DNA of 63,375 nt, counting the filler, from Chiloscyllium plagiosum (Eukaryota), in assembly GCF_004010195.1 (NCBI RefSeq). It is 4 parts of one record of this genome, joined end to end, with 100 filler letters (N's around TTAATTAATTAA, not from the genome) between each part and the next. Parts side by side here need not be neighbours in the genome. Positions count along the whole stretch, not along the records: positions 34,946 to 59,417 come from NC_057714.1; 3 more parts are not named here. One strand, written 5' to 3'. The notes under the pieces are model-generated. The model ran no database searches, was not told the DNA's origin, and saw only the letters and a program-made list of their open reading frames with translations. Both the position numbers and the translations under genes were made by a program. The first letter of the stretch is position 1; the number at the start of each line of letters is the position of its first letter. This document shows, piece by piece, positions 38,852-52,399 of the stretch.

Positions 38852-39705
38852 ATTTGAGAAACTAATCTCAATGACACCTTTAATCCACTGAACAAGCACC
38901 ATTCAATGCAAACCCCCGACCTAAGTGTCCAAGTTGTTATGACCACATTGTCATATTTGCTTGTTGTAAACCAGAGCTATTAGCAGTATGAGTAGAGTTC
39001 CAATTTTCTTTCCATCATGTGGCTGACCAGCGACCTCACCTGCTCTTACTGTGAACCACTGGCTGACAGGCTTGGATAAATAGGGCAGCATTCCGATGGG
39101 ACAGACATTAACAATTGTTCATTTCAGAGTGATATTGTGGCCTTGCTGTCAATCCGACACTGACAAAGTAGCCCCTGACTGTACCAATGTTGTCAGCTCA
39201 ACACAGTCAACCTCCCTGGGGGTCATGCAAGCCAGAGATTCCAAACATCATTGAGATCATGAAAACTCCCAATCTCAACTGAATCTGGTCCTCTGGAAGG
39301 GCTTCCCTCCATTCTCCTGGGCTTGATTGGCCTGATTTTGATTTGCTGTACACTGGTCTGGCTGCAGCTGCAAGGTTCCAGAGCTGCTGGCATTCTGGTT
39401 GAGCCTGAAGCAATATAATTTTGTCATTATCCCTAACAGGATTGGACGTGTAGTCAACTGCAAGGCCTCCTCCTGAAGATTCTGCTGCCAATCTCACTGC
39501 CAGCAAGCACAGGCATGTTAGGCTGAATAGCCTAATTTTACGCTGCAACAATTTTGTGATTCTGTGAAGTGTGGCCCCAGCATTTCCATTTGATTGCAAC
39601 AGCAGGATCCTGAAACCCAGGGCAAAATCCAGCCCAGAAATTCCAGAAATGCACAAGGCTTGATTTTAATGGAACCTGCAAGAAACTGGGAATATCTGTT
39701 ATAAA

Positions 39706-40250
39706 GTCATAGAGTCATAGAGATGTATAGCATGGAAACAGATCCTTCGGTCTAACTCGTCCATGCTGACCAGATATCCCAACCCAATCTAGTCCCATCT
39801 GCCAGCACCCAGCCCATATCTCTCCAAACCCTTCCTATTCATATACCCATTCAGGTGCCTTTTAAATGTTGCAATTATACCAGCCTCCACCACTTCCTCT
39901 AGCAGCCCATTCCACACATGTACCACCCTCTGCGTGAAAATGTTGCCTTTTAGGTCTCTTTTATATCTTGCCCCTCTCACCCTAAACCGATGCCCTCTAG
40001 TTCTGGACTCCCCCACTCCAGGGAAAAGACCTTGTCTATTTACTCTATCCATGCCCCTCATGATTTATAAATTCTATAAGGTCACCCCTCAGTCTCCGCA
40101 CTCCAGGTCAAACAGCCCCAGCCTATTCAACCTCTCTCTGGAACTCAAATCCTCCAACTCTGGCAACATCCTTGTAAATCTTTCAAGTTTCACAACATCC
40201 TTGCAATAGGAAGGAGACCAGAATTGCACGCAATATTCCAAAAGTGGCCT
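39706..40250 (-). mobile_element. CR1 (HER1-like) 3' fragment
   Basis: MRGMDRVNRQGLFPGVGESRTRGH...; (CTCTATGA)n tail. Confidence 0.93.
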
Positions 40251-42079
40251 AAAACAGAAGATCAATGAGAGATAAAATTCCCAAAAGTTTTTGGGTTGCA
40301 AACCAGTACTGTTGGCTGTAGCAAACGTCCATGATAAAATATGATTTGTAAAATAATCTTTGGTACCTGAAATATTTAGCCTGCTATCATTCTGGGTGAG
40401 TGAAGATTCATAATGTGCTTTTCAATGTCGACATTTTAAATTACGTTCAGTGTGTTGAATATCAAATGTGAGAACAGATTCCAATAATTGCTTGACATGA
40501 AGAAACTGGCTGAAGAAGAATTTATCTATAAATCCCAAGCATGCTATTCTTTTTCCAATCAGGAGTTCTGATATGCTTTGTGGACACACACAAAAAAATG
40601 AAAACATTCCTCATTGAAGAAATATATTAATGGTTGAGGAAAATCACAGTAGATTGTAAATACTTTCTTTTGGGGGGATGCTACCTTTCAACGCCAGGAG
40701 ACACCGAATTGTACTTTGACAGCAGCACCACAGAAATTGTCATTTTCATTTACTTGTTTATTTGTTCTGCTTGTGGCACCACTTAATAATCTCATCTTAT
40801 CTTTCTGTGCTCTTCTCTGCACTTCTAAAGAAAAATGATGAGATATTTTCAATAAGAACACAGAATAACAGCAATAGGATTCACCACAGGGTGGCTACTC
40901 TTGGCTTTCCATCTGTCAAGTGTCAGCAAATCTTGATGGATAACTCCTCCTATGGGCAAACTGATAACTCTTCCAAAGCCCAATTAATAAACCCTTTAGA
41001 TGCAGCAAAAAAACCAATATTTGATAAGATCTTCAGGTTCTGCCAACATGTGCACTTTCATTCACAAGTGAAATTTAGTTTCCATAATTCCTGCCCTTTC
41101 TATAACCATTCAAACAAGACTAGCATTTTATAGATAAAAACAAAGCCTGAAAGTGCTACCTTTCTGACATGAAGACAGAAGATGCAGGAATTGCACAGAT
41201 TGTCAGTCATGAAAAGCTAAGTCTTCCAATGTGATCTTTATCAGAATCTGCGCTTATAAAGATTCCAATTTGAAAACATATTTTTGAAATTCTTTGCAAT
41301 TTTCAACTATTTCAATTTAGCAAATTTACAGTGGTGTAGCTGACCCCACAATGAAACAATTTTCAGTGCATTCCCCAATGGCTGAGTTGGTTTAAGTAAT
41401 CATTAGTTAAACCAATGCAGACCAGAAGGAAAATGACTTGATTGTCAGCTGTGCTGTCAGTGCTATCGGATGGTGAAAGTTAGAGGGTACTGGCACACTG
41501 CCATATTAAGAAAGGAAATATCAGATAGCCTTCCTTTGAGGACTTCATTTGAGCTCATGCCTCTCATCATTGCCAGCATCACAGGAATATGGCCAATGCC
41601 CTTGTTATCTGTACTGTTTTCCTTAATCCAAGCCTCATCCTGTTTATTACTTTTTTAGATTACTCAAAATGAAGTACATTTTTTCCAAATTTCGCAACAT
41701 CAAATTATTACAGCATAGGAGGCCAGTCAATTGCCTGAATCTGTGCCAGAAATTTGCAAGAGCAGCTGACCTAGTCCCATCATCCTGCCATTTCTGCATA
41801 GTCCTGAAAATTATTTTCTCTTCAGATGCTTACCTTTGAAAGCCACGGGTCAATCTCCCTCCAGCACACTTTCTGGCAATGAATTCCAGAACCTAAACAG
41901 TCACTACTTAAACAGGTTTTTCCTCATGTTGCCATTGTTTCTTTTGTTAGTAACCTTAATGGTGTCCTCTGATTCTCAACTCTTTATGGAAGTAATTTCT
42001 CTCTATCATGATTTTATAAAACTCCTTCTCAATCTTCTTTTCTCCAATCTAACCGTATAACTCTTGGAGGCTTATCAAC

Positions 42080-42352
42080 TTGTGTGGAAGTTGCACGCTC
42101 TACCCATGCCTGTATGGGTTCCGCCGGGTGATCCAGTTTCATCCCACAGTTCAAAGATGTGTAAGTTAGGTGGATTGGCCATGTTAAATTATCCATAGTG
42201 TTCAGGGATATATAGGTTTGGTGCATTAGCCATGGGAAATGCAGGATTAGAAGGATAGAGTAGGTTGATGGGTCTGGGTGGGATGCTGTTCAGAAGGTTG
42301 GTGCGGACTTGTTGGGCCGAATAGCCTGTTTTTACACTGTGGGGATTCTATG
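42080..42352 (+). mobile_element. 5'-truncated HE1-related V-SINE
   Basis: V-domain and tail GGCCGAATAGCCTGTTTTTACACTGTGGGGATTCTATGA. Confidence 0.8.
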
Positions 42353-43164
42353 AAAGAAAACTTTCTAATTTTCCAAGTGTCTATTGCTGCCTTCAGTTTC
42401 TCTAAATGTTGGTTGGCCTATTTGAGATTCATCTGTGCAGATGACACAAGCAAACAGTCAGTTTCCACAATGCATCCACTGTGCCAGTCATTGGAGCATT
42501 TGCAATTTGAGCGAGTGTACTGGTGAGCCCTTCTCAATAACAAGCTCCTGAATGGTACAGTTTTCAGAGCAGCCATTGGGCCTCTGATCTGCTGCATTAG
42601 CTCTTTTGAGTGTTCAAGTAAGGTCACTATGGACTTGTCCCTCAGCTCTATTAGCATAATGAATCAACTGAGTAGAGTCCACTGTCTTACTGTTCTAAAT
42701 ACCTGATCTTTAGGAAAAGGCTCAGGGAATCATAGTATCCCTGGTCCTTTCTCTCTTCCGACCAGATAGTTCGGTAGCAGCTGCGGAGATCTCTGCAAAT
42801 ACACTTGGGCTTTTAGTGGGGCTTTTTGATATTGGTGAGACCTTAAGAAAGCCAAGGTTCTTTTTTCCTAGGGCCCTCCTTAGGTTATCCTTTAGCCTCT
42901 TGAGCCAGTTCACCTCTCATTTTAAGTCTAGGGAGCATGAAGCTAGGAGTATTTGCTTACAATATCATTCTCTAATCCATTTCCCATTTTAATATCAGGA
43001 GGAGGTCAGAACTCATATCCATTTTAGTCCCAGCTCTTCCCTCAGGGTTCTATTCTGAGGGAGTAAGGATGTGTGACTGTGTCCTCCTCTATAATCATTC
43101 TGAAAGATTATATACCAACCCCACTTTGCCTTTGCAACCGTAGCTGAGCAGGGAAGTCAGGGGC

Positions 43165-43662
43165 AGCATAAAAGCAAAAGAGAAAGCATATAAGGGCAGT
43201 GGGAAGCCAGAGGATTGGGAAGCCTACAAAGACCAAAAGAGGACAACGAAGAAAGAAATAAGGAGGGAGAAGATTAGTTGTGAGGGTAAGCTAGCTGGTA
43301 ATATTAGGCAAGATTGCAAGAATTTCTTTAGATATATAAAGGGCAAAACAGAGGCCCAAGTTGATATGGGCCATTGGAAAATGATGCTGTAGAGTAGTAA
43401 TGCGGAACAAAGAAATAGCTGAGGAACTGAATAACTACTTTGCGTTAGTCTTCACAGTGGAAGACATTAGTAATATTCCAAAAATTCAAGAGAGCCGGGG
43501 GCAGAGATGAATATGTTGGCCACCACCAAGGAGAAGGTGCTAGAAAAGCTGAAAGGTCTGAAGTGGATAAATCACCTGGACCAGATGGGCCACACCCTAG
43601 AGTTCAGAAGGAGATAGCTGAAGAGATAGAGAAGGCTTTAGCAGTGATCTTTCAGGAATCCT
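43165..43662 (+). mobile_element. CR1 copy A, 5' part (resumes at about 49258)
   Basis: DKSPGPDGPHPRVQKEIAEEIEKALAVIFQES. Confidence 0.85.
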
Positions 43663-45174
43663 TTAATACTCTACATCCTAAGGTATTAAAGGAAGTGGCA
43701 GAGGAGATAGTAGTTCCATTGATTACAATATTCCAAAATTCCTTGGACATGAGAAAGGTTCCAGTGGATTGGAAAATGGCTAATATAACACCCTTATTCA
43801 AAAAATGAGGGAGGCAAAATGTGGGAAATTATAGTCCAGTCAGTTTAACATCTGTTGTTGGGAAAGTGTTAGAATCAATTATCAAGGAAGCAATATCAGG
43901 ACATTTAGAAAGTCAAAATGCTATCCATCAGAGACAGCACGACTTTGTGAAGGGCAAATCATGTTTGACTAATTTGCTAGAGTTCTTCAAAGATGTAACA
44001 AACAAAGTGGCTAATGGGAATGCTGTAGATGTAATTTATCTGGACTTCTGGAAGACATTTGATAAGGTGTCGCATAAAGGGTTAATTCACAAGGTTGGAT
44101 CATATGGGATTAGGGGTAATTTATTAGCTTGTGTAGATGACTGGCTGATGGACAAAAGACAGAGAGTTAGGATAAATGTTTTTTTTTGGATGGAAAGATA
44201 CAATTAGTGGGGTGCCACAGGATTCAGTCCTTGGACCCCAGCTATTTGCAATCTACATTAACAGCTTGGATACAGGGATAGAAGGATCTATAGTCAAGAT
44301 GGCGGGTGACACAAAAACAGGTGGGATGGTAAATTGCAGTGAGGAAATAAGAACCTTACAAATGGATATAAATAGGTTAGGCGAGTGGGCCAAAATGTGG
44401 CAGATGGAATTTAATGTGGAGAAATGTGAGATTATGCATTTGTGTCAAAAAAATGGGAAGGCAACCTATTATCCTAATGGGAAGAGATTTCAGGGTGCTC
44501 CAGTGCAGAGGGATCTAGGTGTACTCGTTCATGAGTCGCAGAAAACAAGCATGCAGGTACAGCAGATAATAAAGAAATTGAATAGGATGTTGGCTTTTAT
44601 AGAATATAAAGGTAAGGAAGTATTGCTGCAACTATAAAAGGTACTGGTGAGAGTGCACCTGGAGTATTGCATACAGTTTAGGTCTCCTTATTTGAGCAAA
44701 GATAATGTGGCATTGGACGCAGTTGAGAGGAGGTTGACTAGATTTATCCCAGAGATGAGAGGTTTGTCATATGAAGAGAGATTGAACAATTCAAGTCTAT
44801 GCTCTGTGGAATTTAGAGGGGATGAATGAGGGGAGATCAAATTGGGGTGTTGAAGATACAAAAGGTATTGATAAACGAAATGTGGAGTGGATATTTCCTC
44901 TTGTCAGGCATTCTAGGAGGGTCTTAGGAGAAGGGGTAGCAAACTTAAAACAGAGTTGATTAGAAATTATTTCTCCCAAAGCTTTGTGAATCTGTGGAAT
45001 TCACTACCCCAAAGTGCACTGGATGCTGGGACAGTGAGTAAATTTAAGGAGAAGTTAGACAGATTTTTAATTGGTAATGGGTTGAAGGGATATGGAGAAA
45101 AGGCAGGAAAATGGGGATGTGCAGCAGACTCAATATGCAGAATAGCATAATTCTGCTCCCCTATCTTATGGACA
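43663..45174 (+). mobile_element. CR1 copy B (RT and 3' end) nested in copy A
   Basis: LHPKVLKEVAEEIV, GKSCLTNLLEFF, SGVPQDSVLGP; tail CTATCTTATG. Confidence 0.9.
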
Positions 45175-45740
45175 GTCACATAGATGGGTTAACTCCAGGA
45201 AAGGTAAGAGAGGTAGGCAGCTAGTGCAGGAGTCTTTTGTGGATATACCCATTTCAAACAGGTATGCTGTTTTGGAAAATATAGGGGTGATGAATTCTCA
45301 GGGGAACGTAGCACAAACAGCAAAGTTTCTGGTATCGAGACTGGTTCTAATGTAACGAGGGGTATTTCGGATTCCAATAGATCAATTGTGTTAGGGGATT
45401 CTCTAGTCCGAGGTACAGACTGGCGTTTCTGTGGCCAGCAGCAAAAAAGCAGAATGGTGTGTTGCTTCCCTGGTGCCAGGATCAAGGATGTCTCAGAGAG
45501 GGTGCAGAATGTTCTCATGGGGGAGAGGGGCCAGCAAGAGGTCATTGTCCACATTGGACCCAACGACATAGGGAGGGAAAAGGTTGAGATTCTGATGGGA
45601 GATTACAGAGAGTCAGGCAGGAATTTAAAAACGAGGTCCTCGAGAGTAGTAATATCTGGATTACTCCCAGTGCTATGAGCTAGTGAGGGCAGGAATAGAA
45701 GGATAGAGCAGATGAATGCATGGCTGAGGAGCTGGTGTAT

Positions 45741-46071
45741 TTAGATTAGATTAGATTAGATTACTTACAGTGTGGAAACAGGCCCTTTGGCCCAACAAGT
45801 CCACACCGACCCGCCAAAGCGTAACCCACCCAGACCCATTCTCCTACATTTACCCCTTCACCTAACACTACGGGCTATTTAGCATGGACAATTCACCTAA
45901 CCCCTGCACATTTTTGGATTGTGGGAGGAAACCGGAGCACCCGGAGGAAACCCACGCAGACACGGGGAGAATGTGCAAACTCCACACAGAGAGTCGCCTG
46001 AGGCGGGAATTGAACCCGGGTCTCTGGCGCTGTGAAGCAGCAGTGCTAACCACTGTGCTACCGTGCCGCCC
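45741..46071 (-). mobile_element. HE1-type V-SINE inserted in CR1 ORF1
   Basis: Full SINE with (AATCT)n tail splitting the esterase frame. Confidence 0.93.
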
Positions 46072-47006
46072 ACACGGGAGAAGGATTCACATTTTTGGAT
46101 CATTGGAATCTCTTTTGGGGTAGAAGTGACCTGTACAAGAAGGACGGATTGCATCTAAATTGGAAGGGGACTAATATACTGGCAGGGAAATTTGCTAGAA
46201 CTGCTCGGGAGGATTTAAACAGGTAAGGTGGGGGGTGGGACTCAGGGAGATAGTGAGGAAAGAGATCAATCTGAGACTGGTATAGTTGAGAACAGAAGCG
46301 AGCCAAACAGTCAGGGCAGGCAGAAACAAGGTAGAATTAATAAATTAAACTGCATTTATTTCAATGCAAGGGGCCTAACAGGGAAGGCAGATGAACTCAG
46401 GGCTTGGTTAGGAACATGGGACTGGGATATCATAGCGAGTACAGAAACATGGCTCAGGGATGGGCAGGACTGGCAGCTTAATGTTCCAGGATACAAATGC
46501 TACAGGAAGGATAGAAAGGGAGGCAAAAGAGGAGGGGCATGGTATTTTTGATAAGGGATAGCATTACAGCTGTGCTGAGGGAGGATATTCCCGGAAATAC
46601 ATCCAGGGAAGTTATTTGGGTGGAACTGAGAAATAAGAAAGGGACGACAATCTTATTGGGATTGTATTATAGACCCCCTAATAGTCAGAGGGAAATTGAG
46701 AAACAAACTTGTCAGGGGACCTCTGCTATCTGTAAGAATAATAGGGTGGTTATGGTAGGGGATTTTAACTTTCCAAACATAGACTGGGACTGTCATAGTG
46801 TTAAGGGTTTAGCTGGAGAGGAACTCGTTAAGTGTGTACAAGAAAAATTTCTGATTCAGTATGTGGATGTACCTACTGGAGAAGGTGCAAAACTTGACCT
46901 ACTCTTGGGAAATAAGGCAGGCCAGGTGACTGAGGTGTCAGTGGGGGAGTACTTTGGGGCCAGCGACCATAATTCTATTAGATTTAAAACAGTGATGGAA
47001 AATGAT

Positions 47007-47076
47007 AGACCAGATCTAAAAGTTGAAGTTCTAAATTGGAGAGACCAGATCTAAAAGTTGAAGTTCTAAATTGGAG
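47007..47076 (+). repeat. 35-bp perfect tandem duplication that frameshifts CR1 ORF2
   Basis: AGACCAGATCTAAAAGTTGAAGTTCTAAATTGGAG twice. Confidence 0.95.
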
Positions 47077-49257
47077 AAAGGCCAGTTTTGATGGCATTAG
47101 GCAAGAACATTCGAAAGCTGATTGGGGGCAGATTGTCACAGGTAAAGGGACGGCAGAAAAATGGGAAGCCTTCAGAAATGAGATAACGAGAGTCTAGAAT
47201 CCTGTTAGGGATAAAGGAAAGGCTGGTGGGTATAGGGAATGCTGGATAACTAAAGAAACTGAGGATTTGGCTAAGAAAAAGAAGGAAGCTTATGTAAGAT
47301 ATAGACAGGATAGATCGAGTGAATCCTTAGAAGAGTATAAAGGAAGTAGGAGTATACTTAAGAGTGAAATCAGGAGGGCAAAAAGGGGACATGAGATAGC
47401 TTTGGCAAAAAGAATTAAAGAGAATCCAAAGGGTTTTTACAAATACATGAAGGGCAAAATGGTAACTAGGGAGAGAATAGGGCCCCTCAAGGATCAGCGA
47501 GGGGAGCTGCAGAAAATGGGGGAGATACTAAATGAATATTTTACATCAGTATTTACTGTGGAAAAGGATATGGAAGATATAGACTGTAGGGGAATAGATG
47601 GTGACATCTTGCAAAATGTCCAGATTACAGAGGAGGAAATGCTGGATGTTTTGTAATGGGTAAAGGTGGATAAATCCCCAGGACCTGATCAAGTGTATCC
47701 TAGAACTCTGTGGGAAGCTGGAGAAGTGATTGCTGGGCCTCTTGCTGAGATATTTGTGTCAATAGTCACAGGTGAGGTGCCGGAAGACTGGAGGTTGGCA
47801 AACGTGGTGCCACTGTTTAAGAAGGCTGGTATGGACAAGCGAGGGAACTATAAACCAGTGAGCTGACGTCGGTGGTGGGCAAGTGTTTGGAGGGAATTGT
47901 GAGGGACAGGATGTACATGTATTTGGAAAGGCAAGGACTGATTAGGGATAGTCAACATGGCTTTGTGCGTGAGAAATCATGTCTCACAAACTTGGTTGAA
48001 TTTTTTGAGGAAGTAACAAAGAGGATTGAGGAGGGCAGAGCGGTAGATGTGATCTATATGGACTTCAGTAAGGCTTTCGACAAGGTTCCCCTTGGGAGAC
48101 TGATTAGCAAGGTTAGATCTCATGGCATGCAGAGTGAACTAGCCATTTGGATACAGAACTGGCTCAAAGGTAGAAGACAGAGGGTGGTGGTGGAGGGTTG
48201 TTTTTCAGACTGGAGGCCTGTGACCAGTGGAGTGCCACAAGGATCGGTGCTGGGTCCTCTACTTTTTGTCATTTACATAAATGATTTGGATGCGAGCATA
48301 AGAGGTACATTTAGTAAGTTTGCAGATGACATCAAAATTGGAGGTGTAGTGGACAGCAAAGAGGGTTACCTCAGATCACAACAGGATCTTGACCAATATG
48401 GGCCAATGGGCTGAGAAGTAGCAGTTGGAGTTTAATTCAGATCAATGCGATGTGCTGCATTTTGGGAAAGCAAATCTTAGCAGGACTTATACACCTAATG
48501 GTAAGGTCCTAGGGAGCATTGCTGAACGAAGACACCTTGGAGTGCAGGTTCATAGCTCCTTGAAAGTGGAGTCACAGGTAGATAGGATAGTGAAGAAGGC
48601 ATTTAGTATGCTTTCCTTTATTGGTCAGAGTATTGAGTACAGGAGTTGGGAGGTCATGTTGCGGCTATACAGGACATTGGTTAGGCCACTGTTGGAATAT
48701 TGCATGCAATTCTGGTCTCCTTCCTATCAGAAAGATGTTGTGAAACTTGAAAGGGTTCAGAAAAGATTTACAAGGATGTTGCCAGGGTTGGAGTATTTGA
48801 GCTACAGGGAGAGGCAGAATAGGCTGGGGCTGTTTTCCCTGCAGTGCCAGAGGCTGAGGGGTGACTTTATAGAGGTTTACAAAATTATGAGGGGCATGGA
48901 TGGGGTAAATAGGTGAAGTCTTTTCCCTGGGGTGGGGGAGTCCAGAACTAGAGAGCATAGGTTTAGGATGAGAGGAGAAAGATATAAAAGAGACCCACGG
49001 GGCAACCTTTTCACGCAGAGGGTGTTACGTGTATGGAATGAGCTGCCAGAGAAAGTGGTGGAGGTTGGTACAATTGCAACATTTAAGAGGCACTTGGATG
49101 GGTATATGATTAGGAAGAGTTTGGAGGGACATGGGCTGTTTCCTGGCAGGTGGGACTAGATTGGGTTGGGATATCTGGTCAGCATGGACGGGTTGGACCA
49201 AAGGGCCTGTTTCCGTGCTGTACATCTCTATGACTCTATGCCTCTATAACTTATGAA

Positions 49258-50748
49258 CACTGGAGTCTCGAAGGTCCCAGAGGACTGCGGCATCACTAAT
49301 GTAACACACACCCCCTCCCTGTTTAAGAAGGGAGCAAGGCAAGAGATGGGAATTAAGAGTCTGTTTTGCTTGACCTCAGTTGCTGGTAATATTTTGGAGT
49401 CCATTATGAAGGATGAGATTTCTGAATACTTGGAAGTGCTTGGTAAAATAGTACAAAGTCAGCATGGTTTCATCAAGGGAATGTCATGTCTGACAAATTT
49501 GTTAGAATGATTTGAGAAGATAACAAGCAGGTTAGACCAAGGAGAGCCAATGGATGTTATCTGTCTGGACTACCTGAAGGCCTTTGATAAGGTGCTGTAC
49601 AAGAGGTTACAGAGTAAGATAAGGGCCCATGGCTGTTAGAGGCAGGGTACTAGCATAGGTAGAAGATTGTCTGTCTGGCAGAAGGCAGAGAGTGGGGATA
49701 AAAGAGTCCATTTCAGGATGGAAGCCAGTGACAAGTGGTGTTCCACTCTCAGTGTTGTGACCACAACATTTCATTTTATATATTCATTGTCTAGATGAAG
49801 GAATTGAGGGCACCCTGGCTAAGTTTGCAGATGATACAAAGATAAGTGGAGGGGCAGGTAGCATTGAGGAGCTGGGGAGGCTGCAGCAGGATTTGGACAG
49901 GTTAGGAGAATGGGTAAAGAAGTGGCAGATGGAATACAATGTGGGGAAGTGTGAGGTCATGCACTTTGGTAGGAAAAATAGAGGTGTGGACTATATTCTA
50001 AATGGGGAGAAAATTCAGAAGTCTGAAGTGCAAAGATTCTTGGGAGTCCTCATCCAGGATTCTCTTAAGTTAATTTTGCAGGTCGAGTCAGTAGTTAGGA
50101 AGGCAAATACAATTTATCTTGAGAGGACTAGAATATAAAAGCAGGGACGTAATTCCAAGGTTCTATAAGGCTCTGGTCAGGCCACATTTGGAGTATTGTG
50201 AGAATTTTGGGCCCTATATCTCAGGAAAGATGTATGGGCCTTAAATTGGTCCATAGGACATTCACAAGAATAATCCCAGGAATGAAAGGCTTAATGTATC
50301 AGGACGATGGGACTATACTTCGTGGAGTTTAAAAGGATTGGGGGGGGGAAGAATTTTGATTGAAACTTACAGAATAATGAACGGCCTGGACAGAGTGGAT
50401 GTTGGGAAGATGTTTAGATTGGCAGGAGAGATGAGTACCTGAGGGCAAAGCCTTAGAGTAAAGGGAAGACCATTTACAATGGAGATAAGGCGATAATGGT
50501 ATGGAGGCCCTTTAACTAGAGAGTGGTGAATCTGTGGAATTCATTGCCACAGAAGGCTGTGGAGGCCAGGTCATTGTGTATATTTAAAATAGGCACAGAT
50601 AAGTTCGTGATTGCCGGGGAGATCAAAGATTAATGGGTGGAAAACAGGAAAATAGGGTTGTTGAAAAACCTATCAGCCATGGCAGAATGGCAGAACAGAT
50701 TCAATGGGCAGAATGGTCAAATTTCTGCTCCAATGTCTTATGATCTTA
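49258..50748 (+). mobile_element. CR1 copy A, 3' part
   Basis: KVPEDCGITNVT...LFKKG continues the RT broken at 43662; tail TCTTATGATCTTA. Confidence 0.85.
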
Positions 50749-51440
50749 ATGGTAAGGTCCTGTGGAGCGTTGCTGAACAAAAAGACCTTGGAGTGCAGGT
50801 TCATAGTTCCTTGAAAGTAGAGTCAACGGTAGACAGGACAGTGAAGAATGCGCTTGATATGCTTGTCTTCATTGGTCAGTGCATTGAATATGGGAGAATG
50901 GGAGGTCATGTTGCGGCTATACAGGACATTGGTTAGGCAACTTTTGGAATACTGCATGCAATTCTGGTCTCCCTGCTCTAGGAAGAATGTTGTGGAACTT
51001 GAAAGGGTTCAGAAAAAATTTACAAGCATGTTGCCAGGGTTGAATATTTGAGCTATAGGGAGAGGCTACATAGGCTGGGGCTATTTTATCTGGAGCTAGG
51101 GGGGGTGGTGACCTTATAGAGGTTTATAAAGTCATGAGAGGCATGGATAAGGTGATGGAGTCCAAATCTAGAAGGCAAAAGTTTAAGTTTAGAGGTAAAC
51201 GATTTAAAAGGGGCATCTTTTTCACGCAGAGAATGAGCTGCCAGAGGAAATGGTGGAGGCTGATAAAATTATAACATTTAAAAGGCATCTGGATGGATAT
51301 ATGAATATGAAGGATTTAGAGGGATATGGGCTAAATGCTGGCAAATGAGACTAGATTTATTTAGGATTTTTGGTCAGCATGGAGGAGTTGGAACGAAGGA
51401 TCTGTTTCTGAGCTGTACATCTCTATGACTCTATGACTTA
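50745..51440 (+). mobile_element. CR1 (HER1-like) copy D, 5'-truncated
   Basis: LNGKVLWSVAEQKDLGVQV; (CTCTATGA)2 tail. Confidence 0.9.
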
Positions 51441-51751
51441 TTATCAGCCTGTCAAGTAGAATCGCAACAACTGCAGGCTGCTAATAAAACATACCTTTCT
51501 AGTGAAAAAGATATGCCTAAATCCAAACTAAATCACAGCAATATTTAATGTTCAGAAATTATTGACCTGCATCAACAGCAGTTGGAGTCTGCAACTGACT
51601 ACCAGGGGCAAGCAATAGAAATACTGGACTGCTTTTATCGGCTAAACAAAAATAGAGGCTCAAAGTATCAGTTTCAAGAGAATTACCTTACAGTACTTGA
51701 AGCATCAACAGTAAAGAAAAATTGAAGCAGTCTGACAACCTGAAATGGATG

Positions 51752-52308
51752 GAGAAAGTGAGGACTGCGGATGCTGGAGCTCAGAGCTTAAAAGTGTGTT
51801 GCTGGAAAAGCGCAGCAGGTCAGGCAGTATCCAAGGAGAAGGAGAATCGACGTTTCAGGCATACGCCCTTCTTCAGGAATGAGGAGAGTGTGCCAAGCAG
51901 GCTAAGATAAAAGGTAGGGAGGAGGGACTTGTGGGAGGGGCGTTGGGAATACGATAGGTGGGAGGAGGTTAAGGTGAGGGTGATAGGCCGAAGAGGGGGT
52001 GAGAAAATTTCCCCTCCTCCCACCTTTTCTCAGTCCCAGCTCTCAGACTCAGCACCGCCTTCTTGATCCGCAATCTTCTTCCTGACCTCTCCGCCCCCAC
52101 CCCACTCCGGCCTATCACCTTCACCTTAACCTCCTTCCACCTATCGCATTCCCAACACCCCTCCCCCAAATACCCCCTCCCTACCTTTTATCTTAGCCTG
52201 CTTGGCACACCCTCTGCATTCCTGAAGAAGGGCTTTTGCCCGAAACATCGATTCTCCTTCTCCTTGGATGCTGCCTGACCTGCTGCGCTTTTCCAGCAAC
52301 ATATTTTT
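51752..52308. mobile_element. PLE family A inverted-pLTR element with two hammerhead motifs and a perfect 15-bp TSD
   Basis: TSD AACCTGAAATGGATG at 51737-51751 and 52309-52323; about 220-bp inverted arms; hammerheads at 51849-51876 (-) and 52222-52249 (+, GTC changed to ATC). Confidence 0.92.
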
Positions 52309-52399
52309 AACCTGAAATGGATGACTAACCTAAAAGCACCACTATTAGCATCACATAGTACTACAGAAGATTTCCACAAGTGCTGTGCACACACTCCCC

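Larger units (their letters stand above)
45175..49249 (+). mobile_element. Near full-length CR1 (HER1-like) copy C: SGNH esterase ORF1 plus APE/RT ORF2, disrupted
   Basis: ORF1 motifs GDSLVR, FPGA, HIGPND, DGLHL; APE motifs YFNARG, TETWL, YYRPP, GDFN, SDHN; RT motifs [18 protein letters not shown]; stops and frameshifts. Confidence 0.96.

Noticed and set aside
40762..41133. Unassigned 60-150 aa ORFs in unique sequence (also 3729-4148 and 39207-39656)
   Set aside because: No recognisable domain or splice support; consistent with random ORFs
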